The position numbers were made by a program, and so were the translations under genes. The notes below the pieces were generated by a model. The model saw only the letters and a program-made list of their open reading frames with translations, ran no database searches and had not been told where the DNA came from. A stretch of DNA of 63,847 bases, filler included, from Sphaeroforma arctica JP610 (Eukaryota), in NCBI RefSeq assembly GCF_001186125.1. It is 7 parts of 3 records of this genome, joined end to end, with 100 filler letters (N's around TTAATTAATTAA, not from the genome) between each part and the next. Parts side by side here need not be neighbours in the genome. Positions count along the whole stretch, not along the records: positions 1 to 20,841 come from NW_014040548.1; positions 20,942 to 43,652 come from NW_014040548.1; 5 more parts are not named here. The stretch is one strand, 5' to 3'. This document shows, piece by piece, positions 13,101 to 25,623 of this stretch (its first letter is position 1; each line of letters starts with the position of its first letter).

Positions 13101-14296
13101 CCCTCGTAGTCAGCTGTGCCGAAGGTAGAGAGAGGCGGTATCAACTCAGCAATGTATTCAGGGCTTGATATTGATCGTTATTTGCACCATAGCTCTTGAT
13201 ATTGGTTTCCTCCCCAATAAACAACGAATATATATATCCACGATAGTGTGATGCTCGGCTAATATATATTAAATAAACTGTAGCTGGGCATGTAGTAGAT
13301 CGCATGCATTCTCAGCTATGAATTGAAAAGACATGCAAACGTCATCTTAAATCTAAGTAGGGACCAACACCAGAATACACTCCACAATGCGTGGTTGCAC
13401 GCAGATAGGCACACACACTTATACATATATATATATATACTAATATATATATATATATACTCACACACATANNNNNNNNNNNNNNNNNNNNTATATATAT
13501 GAGTCCGCTATATTGACACAGATAAACATGGTGTATATTCTATTATACTACTCGTAGAAAGAATTCTACACGAACACTTACACACCAAAACTGACACGGA
13601 CTCTCTATATGCCGCTGATTGCAATTAAATTTACTTTCAATTTGAAAATAACTACATATTTGCAAATAGTAGGAGGGGAAATAACTACATACTTGCAAAT
13701 AACAGTGGCGCGTCGGTACATGGTAACCAGTACTGACATTTGCTATCCGTTATTTCATCTCTCAGGTCCTTGTACTCCCCCAGAGCAGGTAATCGCAACT
13801 CGTACGATCTGCCGGCACGCACTATAGCTGTGATACTTTCGCTGACAGGTCCAGCGTACTTCATCACACCCACGCACAGATCATGTAGCAGCCCTAACCT
13901 GTACTCATAGTGTAGCTCCAAGTAATCCGTTTCTATAATCATCTGCTTATCCGCCGACAACATTGGAGATTCCTGCACTGTCCACATATCCTCCCAATTG
14001 TCTTTGACATATTTAGCCAGTCTCGTCTGCCAGTTATCCTGTGTTACTACCTCAGGCTTCTTCTGCATACTTTTAAGTAGTGCCATATGTATATCTGCCA
14101 GCATCTCATAGTGTGCAGTTGGGTTTAATAGCGCTGCTTCCAGCTTGAGCACATCCACATCTAAGCCCACCCATGGCCCAAATGCCGACAGCCAATTGCA
14201 CACTGCTGCGAATATCCAGAAATCGCTGGGGTTTGACTGCATGTTAGTCAAGCTAAACTTGGGTTGCAGATCCATTGTGGCTCCGAGCCGCCCCAA
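10171..14296 (-). CDS. DDT/WHIM-domain ISWI-partner chromatin protein (RSF1/DDR-like); exons approx 14296-13693, ~13130-12921, ~12143-11960, ~11785-11480, ~11110-10959, ~10810-10171
   Basis: FAAVCNWLSAFG...KLEAALL...LADIHMALLK (DDT); YLELHYEYRLGLLHDLC (WHIM1); LRLPALGE..D...QYW (WHIM2-like); WTPVSRTEDELADFVSLL (WSD/WHIM3-like); then coiled-coil and acidic/basic low-complexity exons. Internal boundaries approximate. Confidence 0.75.
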
Positions 14297-14904
14297 ATTT
14301 GACCTACCAACTTTGAACTGTCAGTGCAGATGATATACTGTATCGAGGTGTCCCTCACTAACACTTCGCACTATTCTGTGGGCGTTTGTTATTCCAACGC
14401 TATGAGTGCTTGTTAATCAGCTGCATTCACTATGCCTGTCTACTTATACAGTAGTTCGGTCAGCTGAATGGACCAGCCGTCGGTCGTGCTATGGTGGGCT
14501 TTTCCGGCCGGTGTGCAAAAGCAAAATAACTCTGACGGGTTTGCGGATCATTTTGGCGGGATCAGCAACCACTATAAATATCATCAGCATGAATCACACA
14601 TATCGTGTATGATTGTGAATCTCTACAATAAATGAAATGTATACATAGACATAGCCTTCTAAATTGAAACATTAAATAGAACACACAAGTCGTGGTTTAT
14701 ATTCAATTATTCACTATATCCAGGCTTCATATAAAGGCACCCTGCATCTGTGTCTATATTCACTTAAGACACGTTCAGCTTGCGTATCGCATGCGTTCTG
14801 GGTATGCACTAAGTACGACTGCTGAATCAATTGGACTAGCCTTCTTTACCTACGCCATACCTTGCACTTGACCTATAGCGAATTTTTGGTTATCTTGAAC
14901 GAAA

Positions 14905-17392
14905 ATGCCGATCATCGAGGAGGAAACGGTAAGCAGTCCCACAGTATGTGTTTAATTGTATTCCATAATACTCTGAATTATTCAAACAGACCTTGTGAAT
15001 TGCCATAGTTTTCTAATATAGCTTGAAGCATTTGGTGTATGTAAACCCGTTCGTCTGCACGAGCAATGGTGAACCTGTACCACATTTGTCGCCTCTCGGT
15101 ATACTGGATAATCACGGCGCAATTATACAATATGAGCAATTATTGTGCAAGTAGTCCCCTATCACACATATCTTGTCCGATTATGGATATCTCATACCCT
15201 TTTTTGGTATCATCTCATTCTCAGGATTAGTGTCTCCTTGTTTGGCAGCGACTGTTTGTGTTAGTATTATTTTGATACCACTTTTTTCCGTGCACGCTTG
15301 GTAACGTGTATGTATTAAACTTAGTGATCCTGGCCGCGATTTTATCACTAAGGCTGTCGTATAAACAAGCCGTATTCGACAATCTATTTATATCAAATTT
15401 GTTGCGTATTGATAGTGATAGCGTGTCTCCTAGTGCCAATTCCTAGATATTGGTTCCTGACTATACCACCTACTGTGGGGTCTTTGTCTTCGCTGTATTG
15501 TTTCATTCCTCTCTTGTTTGTCACTGACTTAGCTATTGCTCCGCATAATCTAGCCCTCGCTCCGAGTTACCAACCAGGCTGTATCTACGTTAACCAACAA
15601 TTTTAGTTTTTGTACATTCCACTGTAGACTCTCACCTGGCGCACTACTTTTTAGATGTGAGGGGCAGTGCGTACATTTAGCTCGTAACAGCAGTTCCGTA
15701 TAAAATCCTTTCTCGTATGGGCTGATTGCAAACGTATCATCCCAGTGTGTACTCACCTCCATGATTCAGAACACCGTATTTCCAAATTCTACAATGTTAC
15801 ACAGTACCTCGTGTTGGATGTGGATACCCCATTCGGTCCTGACTACAATATTTCGGAAGTCAATGCCACCTTCATGGTATGTGTTCGACGATAGTCCCGT
15901 TAGTACCATAGCGCATGTTTTTTCGGCACGTGTCTGTAGTTTCCAATGTCAGACTTTCGTTTGACCCTCCTATTCATGATTGTGCACGTATTATCCTGAA
16001 TAGTTCTTGGTATGACTTAGGTAGACTTGACCGTGGTTTATGCCTATATCTGTGACTTTGTCACAAGCGACAAATAAGTATAATAGCTTCCTTGTAGCCT
16101 CTGTCGTATGTACTGCACATATCTTTAGGGTTTAGCGATCGATGCGGATTTCCGCGTGTGTCCACTCGACTGTATTAACGTATGTCCTTCACTGAAGACG
16201 TGTACTACAGTGAATATTGACTGTGTATGTGATATACATCCTATGTTGTGTGTAGCTTTGTGTATGCGTGTAAATTCTTGATGATTTCTCGCGATTTTCA
16301 GTTGGGACCATATCGCGTTTGGGCCATAAATGGCACTTGTACGTTCAACCGGAATGAACCTGGGGCGTGGAGAACATGTGCACGAGCACAGAATTGTGAT
16401 TATTGTAGGAAGTATCTTAAGTAGGAATGAAGCTTAACATATAGTATCGGACATTTGTCTATGCAGGATTTCGATACTTCAGAGCCCGTGATGTTCCTAA
16501 ATGGAACGGCATGGGCAGGGGAGTATCACGATACTGTAGGAAGTGACTTGCTCTTTGTTAACCCGAATCAGGATGACGGTGAGTGGTTTAGTGAGATTTA
16601 ACTTCTAGGCTTCACTCTCATAGTGGCCCTTATATCGGTTAATCTTATCTTGCCACGATGACGCCATTGCGCCGTGCTGTTCGGGACATTTTCCCGCTGT
16701 GTCAAGCACGGTTCTTATAGCTACTATTGGAGGGTTCTCTTGCCCTACGACTCTCCCATCTGTCCTGACTTTGTCTGATTATTTTCCTGTTGCTGGACTG
16801 GCTTCTTCCTGTCAGAGCGCCCTTGTCGGACATTTTTGCATGCCCGTATATCTGCTTCTGTATAAATTTGACATGTTCGTTTAAGTTGTGATCACGGCAC
16901 TGCTCTAGATGCATTAGTAATGATCAGAAATATCCCAAATGTTCTCATGGTGATAGTCTACGTATACATATAGTGGCAGGCGCATACTCTGCATCGACAT
17001 CATTAATCGCATAAGTATGGCACTACGTATGTCTGCAGCACATGGCAGAACTCTGTACCCCATGTCACCTAGCACTAGTCAAGTATTATTTTTCAATGTA
17101 CCTGAAAGCGTAGCAACGCATGTGAAAGAAACTTCAAATATCGTACAATATTCGGACATGTAAAAATATCATCGCATCTCACTGCCGGGTTCTCCCGCTT
17201 GCATTTCATCCCGCGTACGCAGTGGAGATAAAGCTCAGTGGGGTGTCATACAAACAGGTCAAGTTCATACCGGTCATGGTCATGGCTGAGGATAAAACAG
17301 ACGAGCATGTGAAGTCCACCAACGATAGTGCGCAACCTACTAGCGAGGGTGCGACAACAGTTAATAATGAGCAAACTGGAGTTGACAGGTGA
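14905..17392 (+). CDS. GTF3C6: TFIIIC subunit 6 (GTF3C6/Sfc7-like); exons 14905-14928, probable ~16129-16179, 16467-16578, 17223-17392
   Basis: DFDTSEPVMFLNGTAWAGEYHDTVGSDLLF resembles the TFIIIC_sub6 core (IDTERPILQV...FAGEYEDTLGT.VIF); followed in phase by LSGVSYKQVKFIPV and a stop; 5' exons less sure; divergent from the DDT gene. Confidence 0.7.
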
Positions 17393-18467
17393 CATGACTG
17401 AACTACCGGATATTACTTGTTCCGTGTGTATTTGACCGAGCTATGCCCAGACATTTGACACGCTCACTCAACATTTGGACAGCTACCTCACATTTGGCAG
17501 ATGATTTGTGTGGCAGTTAAACCAAAACATTGTCTATGCAGGGTCACCCTCTATCGATGATATGCAACGATCCTGTCACAAATGTGTCAGAGAACATATC
17601 TGGAGTTGTTGAAATCCAAATTCGCCGAAGAGTTTACGTTTGCTTTGTGCTGGACATGATCAGATACGCTTTACTAATAGACAATGTGGATCTGACCTTC
17701 AAAGTGAAATCCTTATATTTTATAGCCTGGGCCGCGCGTCTATCGCGCGAATTACTAGATATGCACCATTCGTCGAAATAGAGCTTAAGTGATTGTGCGC
17801 ACTATCAACGTCGTCAGTCAGTCATCTATCCGACTCAACCAAGCTGGAAGGCTTCGCTGGCGATATAGCACTTACTAGCAGTACATTGCAGTAGATGGGT
17901 ATATTTATCCGTTTTGGTGATGGATGGAATTCATAGAAATACATAATGTAGATTTGAGCACACTTCAGCTCTCTCCATCATTCACTAACCATGCTGAGAT
18001 AATTGCGACACAAATGGGAAAGAAAAAATGCACAATCTACGAAATAAAAAGTTTTGTCACTTTGAGATCAGGCATGCTATACAAACTGGGACCAATTAAA
18101 GTGTTCGGCTATCTCTACAACTTATCGTAACAAGATGCCGAATTTAGATTGCACAATACCCAGAAATAGAACGAACATATGAACACTTCGCATACTGTCA
18201 GAACTCAGTGTACAATGTTACATATCCAATATGGGAGCAGCCTTTAAACTACAACAGTAAACATTAGGACCCAATTGTAAACGGTATTGTGAGGGGAAGT
18301 TCCTATGCTTGCCATTCTGCCGTGCAATACGCACCTGTGCCTTTGGTAAATCTGTTTTATTTGATGATTTTTGTATGTGCTATAACGCAAATAAATACAA
18401 TACTAATTTGTTCACTACTAGGCTTGACACTTTTATCTGCACTTGGCGGACGACACGTTGCAGTGTC

Positions 18468-20561
18468 CTATCGCAATAGCGCCTCTATGTACTCGAGCGA
18501 TTCGAGTTGTGCATCCCGGTCGTCAGCATCAAGAGCTGATATTTCACTTTGTATGTTTTCCAGTACCTGCATTGATATAGCACATATGCATGTTAGGGAA
18601 CGTCAAGTACAGGATCAGAGCACCTGTATGTCTTTTTTCGATCATATAATACAAAGGTCATATAGGACTTGATAGCAGATTAATTAAATTGGTCTTCTTC
18701 GATGCTTGAGACCGAAGTTAGAATTTATGCGTCCGCCGAATGTTTTGTCAAAAAAATTCAAAAAATGTTGCAAATGAGTGCCGTACGCCATAATTAAGAA
18801 CTGTTGAGGAGAGTTACAATGGTATTGTGTGTGGCCAAAGCGAGCATACTCCAAGAGACATGTAAGCTATTTGTGATTGTAACCAAATACGAGTATGGCG
18901 GACATGACTACCTGAAGGCGCACGAATCTAAATGTGTTCATAGGTTCGATAGTTGGCTTCAAAAGATTTTTGTACAAAAATCAACTCGAAGTGATCTGAC
19001 TTCAAAAATTAAAGGCGTCAGCTTCACCCAGAAACAAAACAGTCATACGTCCACCGTTAACCTCCCCGGGAAAAGTAAATGGCCCTATGTATACGAGTAC
19101 ATAAGAGTACACCACTTCGTTAATATAAAACCACATCCTCTCTAGACTACTCATGGGTGCGCAACCTATACAGAAAACAGATGAATCAATAGGCAGATTA
19201 AAATTCAGATACAGCGAACGGAATCTCCAAATCGGATAACGCCAATAGCACACCTGTTTCAAATTTAGTTTGGGATCATATAAGACCTGCTCAGAATCTG
19301 CACCCGCATTCCGTAACCTTGTAAGTACGCATAATACGAGCTCTCGCAGCTGAGCATTAGAAGCTTCTCCCTGTACACCGGCTATTGCGATTAATGACGG
19401 CACCAATGCTGTATCTTTTGCCGTTGTCGAGATTATCTGTTGAATACAAGTGATATAAGGGCAGAATAAGAGCTCTGTATGTTGTGTCAGCGGCAGCAAG
19501 CTCTTGAAGGACATCCTCAATCAAATGAGACGAATGCATGCTTTGCTTATACTATCAATAGTAAAACTCGAGCCGATTCCACAATGTTATGGGTTCATCG
19601 GCTTATGACCTGAGCTATCAAACTCAGCCATGCACAGAAACCAACATGGATTGAATGGTTTCGATCACAACAACCAAATCTTCCATTAATATGAGCGCAT
19701 GAAAGGGCTAAGCTATAAAATACTTTAGCTAAGTACTCCAATTCTGCATCCAGCCATGATCACTCGGAAATTAAACACACCTCTTGAGGAATCTCCGCCG
19801 TTTCCATCACAATGTTGAGCAAGAAAACAGCTTTAGTGGCCAGACGAACGTCGTTTAGACTCCTTTGTTCCGAGATCACATTCACCAGACTCGAGATACC
19901 GTCTGATTTGATGAATTCGGCCGTGGCTACTTCATGATGTCGAATTAGACTCGACATGAAATACAACGCTTTAGTTTGTACAGTGCGGTTCTCCTGTGCG
20001 TTCAGCAGCGGCAGCACGATTTCCATTACCTAATGCGAAAGTCGAGACAAGTGCATGTAAGTATGGCAAAACTGAATTCCTACAAAACTGGCTGTCAAAG
20101 GACTTGTAAATTAATCCTACTCAATACATAATTGAAGGTATACGCGAGAGCCGCATGCAAGTAAAAGTCTGTTCTAACTTCCTTCAGCAAGGTGTAAACC
20201 CCGTATTCGGTAGTGAGCTCACCTTCTCCTGTAAACAGTAGTTCTGGCAGTCAGGGTTATTTTGCGTTGTGATCGCCAGCACATCCAACGCCCGTTGTAC
20301 GAGTGAGGGGTACGAGGACTTGACGAGTGCAATAACATATGGATAACCTCCCATGGATATGAGCGCTAGGGCATTGTCTATACTATCGACAAGTTGGGAG
20401 AGATCTTTCAAAGCTTCCTCTTTAGCCGCTACTTCGTCTTTTGTCAATGACATGTCCCCGAAAGCACCAGAGAAATTGGTACCGATTGTATTGAGTGTAT
20501 GCTGCATGCTTTTCAGTTCACCGTCCAAGCTGTTCAGCGCATCTTTCAACCAGAGTCGTCG
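18468..20561 (-). CDS. HSPBP1: Hsp70 nucleotide-exchange factor HSPBP1/Fes1 (armadillo fold), 5'-truncated; exons 20561-~20224, ~20029-19782, ~19436-19254, ~18566-18468
   Basis: RRLWLKDAL...KEEALKDLSQLVDSIDNA...MGG...LAITTQNNPDCQ...KALYFMSSLIRH...KAVFLL; canonical splice sites; first exon lost at the contig join. Confidence 0.88.
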
Positions 20562-20687
20562 CTGTTTGAAATATATAGGAGTAATAAACAATGAGATTTC
20601 TACGCAAATAGAAGAACCGTGTATAGTCTTCCTTTACAATAGATATAAAACTGCCCCGAATGTCCTAGAAAATGAACATCTAAACAC

Positions 20688-20841
<154 letters not shown>

Positions 20842-20941
20842 NNNNNNNNNNNNNNNNNNNNNNNNNNNNNNNNNNNNNNNNNNNNTTAATTAATTAANNN
20901 NNNNNNNNNNNNNNNNNNNNNNNNNNNNNNNNNNNNNNNNN
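20842..20941. other. Artificial contig linker (N44-TTAATTAATTAA-N44); same linker at 43653-43752, 48256-48355, 58738-58837, 60527-60626, 62745-62844
   Basis: Identical 100-nt spacer with stops in all six frames; genes are truncated at most of them. Confidence 0.97.
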
Positions 20942-21353
20942 TATATATATATATATATATAAATAATACATATATGTATATATATATATTTATATCTATA
21001 TATATTATTAAGGTGTGTACTTTAATTTATATGTTCAATATGCTGCCATGTATATCGTAGTGTATTGCTGTAAAACAAATCACAGGAGAGTGAAGGCACG
21101 TATATTGCTGACTGATTATAGCGACAACCGTGCCATTGTAGTACTTTTTTTATAACATTTCTGGAGACTATTGGAGATTGAATCCGAATATGCTCATCCA
21201 ATTTGCATGTTCGTCAACCACAATACTTGTCTGCTCATACTGTCAAAGAAATGCACATAGAAATCCTCTCAAGAATTATCGTTCGCAATTGTACAATCGC
21301 TATATGTTTTTATACACACCTGATGAATAAGTTTTTGTGCAATTGTTATACAG

Positions 21354-23888
21354 GTCAAGCACGTTGTGCTTGTGCTATCTGGAAAGGGTGGTGTGGGAAA
21401 AAGCACCGTCACAACACAGCTAGCCCTATCCTTAGTAGAAGAGGGCAAGACAGTCGGAATTTTGGACATAGATCTCTGCGGTCCATCCATACCCACCATC
21501 TTCGGGGTGGCAAATCAGAATATTCACCAGTGTGACGAGGGCTGGGTGCCTGTATTCCTCAACAAAAGCCAAACCCTATCTTTGATGTCAATCGGGTTTC
21601 TGCTCAATAATCCGGACGACCCAATTGTATGGCGTGGCCCCAAAAAAACGGCTATGGTCAAGCAGTTCCTTACAGATGTGGTGTGGGGCGAGCTAGACTA
21701 TCTACTGATCGATACTCCGCCTGGAACATCTGACGAGCATATTTCCATCGTTGAGCATCTGAGGGTGTACAAGCCCGAAGGGTGCGTTGTAGTCACCACG
21801 CCCCAGGTACACTCGTTTTTGTGTATATATAGAAGCATCCATCAATGTGCATATACACATGTACGATATTTGCAAGCCACATGTGTATGTGAAATATATT
21901 TGAAAGTATATGTGATAGTATGTGAATGTATATGTGGAAATTTATCTCAGAAAAGATGTGTATGTGCATATGCGCGTGTATGTTCAAGCACACGCGAATT
22001 AACATAAATATATGCATGCATAGTGGGTTTCAGGCGATTTCAGACGGGTACCCTCTTTGCATCCACCTGCAAACGTCTAGCACAATTTCACGTGCGTTTG
22101 ACCCTCAGCGAGGTCTTCGTTTAATTGTAATGAGTGCAATTGCGGTACATTGTTATGTATTTGATCTGCCGGGATTTGTGTTATCATGATATGCGTGGTT
22201 CCATCTTTCTATTATTCTGCGACTGTGATGCGATGCCCTGGCGACTTATTGATGTGCGCGGTCGACACTTTCTTCTTCCTACGTTGTAATTGTTTTATGA
22301 GATTCTATCGACATCTTTCTGCCGAACATGATTGACGCCGTGCATTATGTGTGGGAGCAGAGTGTCTCTATATCATGCTCATGTTTGTGATGCATGCTTT
22401 CAATTTTGTTTGTTAATCATTGCGCACTTGATACTCGCAATGCCGATCAGCATTTCTTTCGTAAGTCTCACGTTCCTTGATTTCATAAGTCTTGCGTTCC
22501 TTGATTTCGCCTTCTGTGCAACAGCATGGATACACATAGGTACATATGCTAGTCTATTCCGCCCTATACATTCATTGTAGTGACTAGTTTGACGTGTGTT
22601 TACGAATCAGCCCTCAGATGTACGGTACTTGTAGACTGTCGAATCCTCTGAGAGTCGTTTCCCAGGCATCAATAAACTGGTAATCTATACGATGAAGCAT
22701 TACGTTCACGCTGTAAAAACAATAGACTTCTATGTAAATGATATTATTATAGTTTATATACTAATCTATACGATGAAGCATTACGTTCACGCTGTAAAAA
22801 CAATAGCCTTCTATGTAAATGATAATATTATAGTTTATATACTAGTTAAAGACTTCCTACGAGTTTCAGAGATGAAACCACCACTACCACATCCTATTCT
22901 ATCGAGCCTATGCCATCAATAAACACCCACACTTGCATCCCGCTCTCCTCTTGACTGCGTTTGACCTAATGCATCCTCGACCTAAGCCTTCATTCTTTTT
23001 CTTGTGTCATAGGACATGTCCACAGCCGATGTGAGGAAAGAATTGAACTTCTGCAAGCGCGCTAAATTGCCGGTGATTGGTGTGGTGGAAAACATGAGTG
23101 GCTATTGCTGTCCGTGTTGCGGGGTATGTTGTTTTCTCGGAAACCTGTGGCGATTGTCACAACTGCTGCTGTCACTTCGTTTAGCTCGTTCTTCCTTTGG
23201 TTCATAAAAAGTTAAGCACAGTTCGGCCTGTCAATTCAATCTACACACCATTATTCACTGGTGGTCGCTCGACCTTGATACGAGTACAGCCTTACATTAG
23301 AAGCATCTGAAGTACGCTCATATCTGGCATGAAGCATCTGATGTACGCTCATATCTGGCATGAAGCATCTGATGTACGCTCATATCTGGCATGAAGCATC
23401 TGATGTACGCTCATATCTGGCATGAAGCATCTGATGTACGCTCATATCTGGCATGAAGCATCTGATGTACGCTCTTACCTGGCATGACGTTTGCGCATGA
23501 CTAGATCGTGGCGCTAGCACACACATGTTAAGTAATTCTTCGTAGCTGCAAAGTTCAGAACGTACGCAAACTTGCACATATGTTCACCCCAATCCTTCTG
23601 AGAGCTTACAGCACGTATGGCATGGACACCCGTGCATATCACCCCCACCCACCTCAGGAAATCACAAACATATTCTCATCCGGGGGCGGTTCGAACATGG
23701 CGAAAGAGTTCGATGTGCCGTTTATCACGCGCGTCCCCATTGACCCGTCGCTGACTGCGGGTGCGGGTACGATCGACGAGACCACCGGCGAGAAGAAGAC
23801 CTTTGCTGAGTGTTTAGCTGGCTCTGAGTCGTATAAGGCCACGAGGGAAGTACTGGTGACGAGTGTACTGGAGGCGTGTGAGCAGTAG
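21354..23888 (+). CDS. NUBP2: Cytosolic Fe-S cluster assembly factor NUBP2/Cfd1 (Mrp/NBP35 P-loop NTPase), short 5' exon not found; exons 21354-21806, 23013-23123, 23658-23888
   Basis: [66 protein letters not shown]; all junctions phase 0 GT-AG. Confidence 0.95.
22681..22843. repeat. 81-bp tandem duplication in NUBP2 intron
   Basis: taatctatacgatgaagcattacgttcacgctgtaaaaac... at 22681 and 22762. Confidence 0.92.
23300..23485. repeat. 31-bp minisatellite, 6 copies, in NUBP2 intron
   Basis: Unit gaagcatctgatgtacgctcatatctggcat repeated head to tail with no spacers. Confidence 0.95.
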
Positions 23889-25623
23889 AGCTAGGAACTA
23901 TTCGCAAGGCTTTTGTAGACTGGAGATAGTGTCGTGTTGCATCATTGAGGGGTTGTTTGAAACAAGCATGTTCTTCCGAAATAAGAACGACTTTTTGAAT
24001 ATCGGCTCTATTCGGAGGTCTAGTTACCATGACCAGTGATCGGATATGACAGGCCTACATTAGCCAATCAGCAAAACTCGGTGATAGGCAGGTACGCACA
24101 CATGCAATAGTGGGACAGGCTATCGAGCCTTGTATATTTAGAGATAGATGAAGTTAGTTGTGCAAAGTAGTTGGGGCGCATTGGAGAACAGCAGTGAACT
24201 GTACGATGCGCGATTCGCGTAATTAAGTGACATGGTATGTCCATGGCACTTTGTGAGAGGTATTGGGTTTAATTTATACTTTGACAATATTGCATATAAA
24301 ATCGGATAAAGTATCGCATTGCTAATATACTTCCTTGGCGACTCTTATGCATTCGTCTCGTGAAAATATGTGGACAAATTAGTAATTTTGTGATTTGTGG
24401 GGCAATGAATATGGATCTGAACTTATGTTCGTAGTGCTTTGCTTCCATACCTGTCACAAACGTACTAAAAATGTTAGAACTGTCACGTATATTCCAGTAG
24501 ATCAATGGAACGAATTTTGTCATTGCATACTTGCAGTAACGAGAGATCGTTGACTAAACACGGTTTGTTACGCTTATTTGTATAGCGAGCTTTTTACCGT
24601 TCCGAGTATACAGACGTAGATGCGATTCAACCATTTTCGAAATCCTTTGATGGTTTGATTTTGCAGTATAAAGTTATATCTGCGGGAAGCTATGCAACTC
24701 CTACCTGTGATCTGCGTGATAATATGACTCCTATGATAGACAGACGCAAAATGTATATGTACACAGGGTTCCAGATATATACGCACACAGATTCCACAAA
24801 CATCAATAGCCAATCAAATAAAACTGGTATAACGACGACAGTAGCCTTCAACTAATGCCTGGAGGCCTAGCCTTAGCGGGTCATCGCAGCGAGCGAGGAT
24901 GGTTCGTAGTACACAAGAAAAAACCCCATCAATGGCCAACTTTAAATAATAATAAAGACTGAGCTCATATATATATATGTATATATATATATATTAATAC
25001 ATATGTATATATATATATAAAATACATATTTATATACACACATACTTGCAATATATGTAGATATATATATATATATAAATATGTATTATATATATATATA
25101 TGTATTATATAAATATATAAATATGTATTATATATATATATATGTATTATATAAATATATAAATATGTATTATATATATATATATGTATTATATAAATAT
25201 ATAAATATGTATTATATAAATATATATATATTTATATACAAATTATATGTATATTAATACAACACAAGAATCTGTGGCTTAAAAGATATCTGTACGGTCA
25301 TTTTTTTGCCAGAAGAAACATTTCCCGCAGATGGACTTAGATGTATTGCAAATAATATGAGCGTTTTAGGTCTCTTGGTACACTGAATGAGAACACTATC
25401 GAAGGTAATTTAGTGTGCGGGTGAACAACAGAACAGAGGCTGTGCGTAAATGATAGTAAATTAATTAATCGCCTGCATTTCCTGTCTAACATGCGAATAT
25501 TCGATGGGTTCGTTAAGAACTTCATGAGAATCGGAAAAAGAAACCTACCCCATCTAATACTATGCGTCACCAAATTCAATGTGTGTCCACAATAGCACAA
25601 TTCTACGAGAATAGCTTGGGAGT

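Noticed and set aside
9222..17392. TFIIIC subunit gene near two tRNA genes as a functional cluster
   Set aside because: Separated by an unrelated gene; proximity is easily coincidental
20886..20897. Recurrent palindrome TTAATTAATTAA
   Set aside because: Always centred in an 88-N spacer; an assembly linker, not a biological motif
23300..23485. 31-bp repeat array as a CRISPR array
   Set aside because: Units are contiguous with no unique spacers, there are no cas genes, and it lies in a spliceosomal intron
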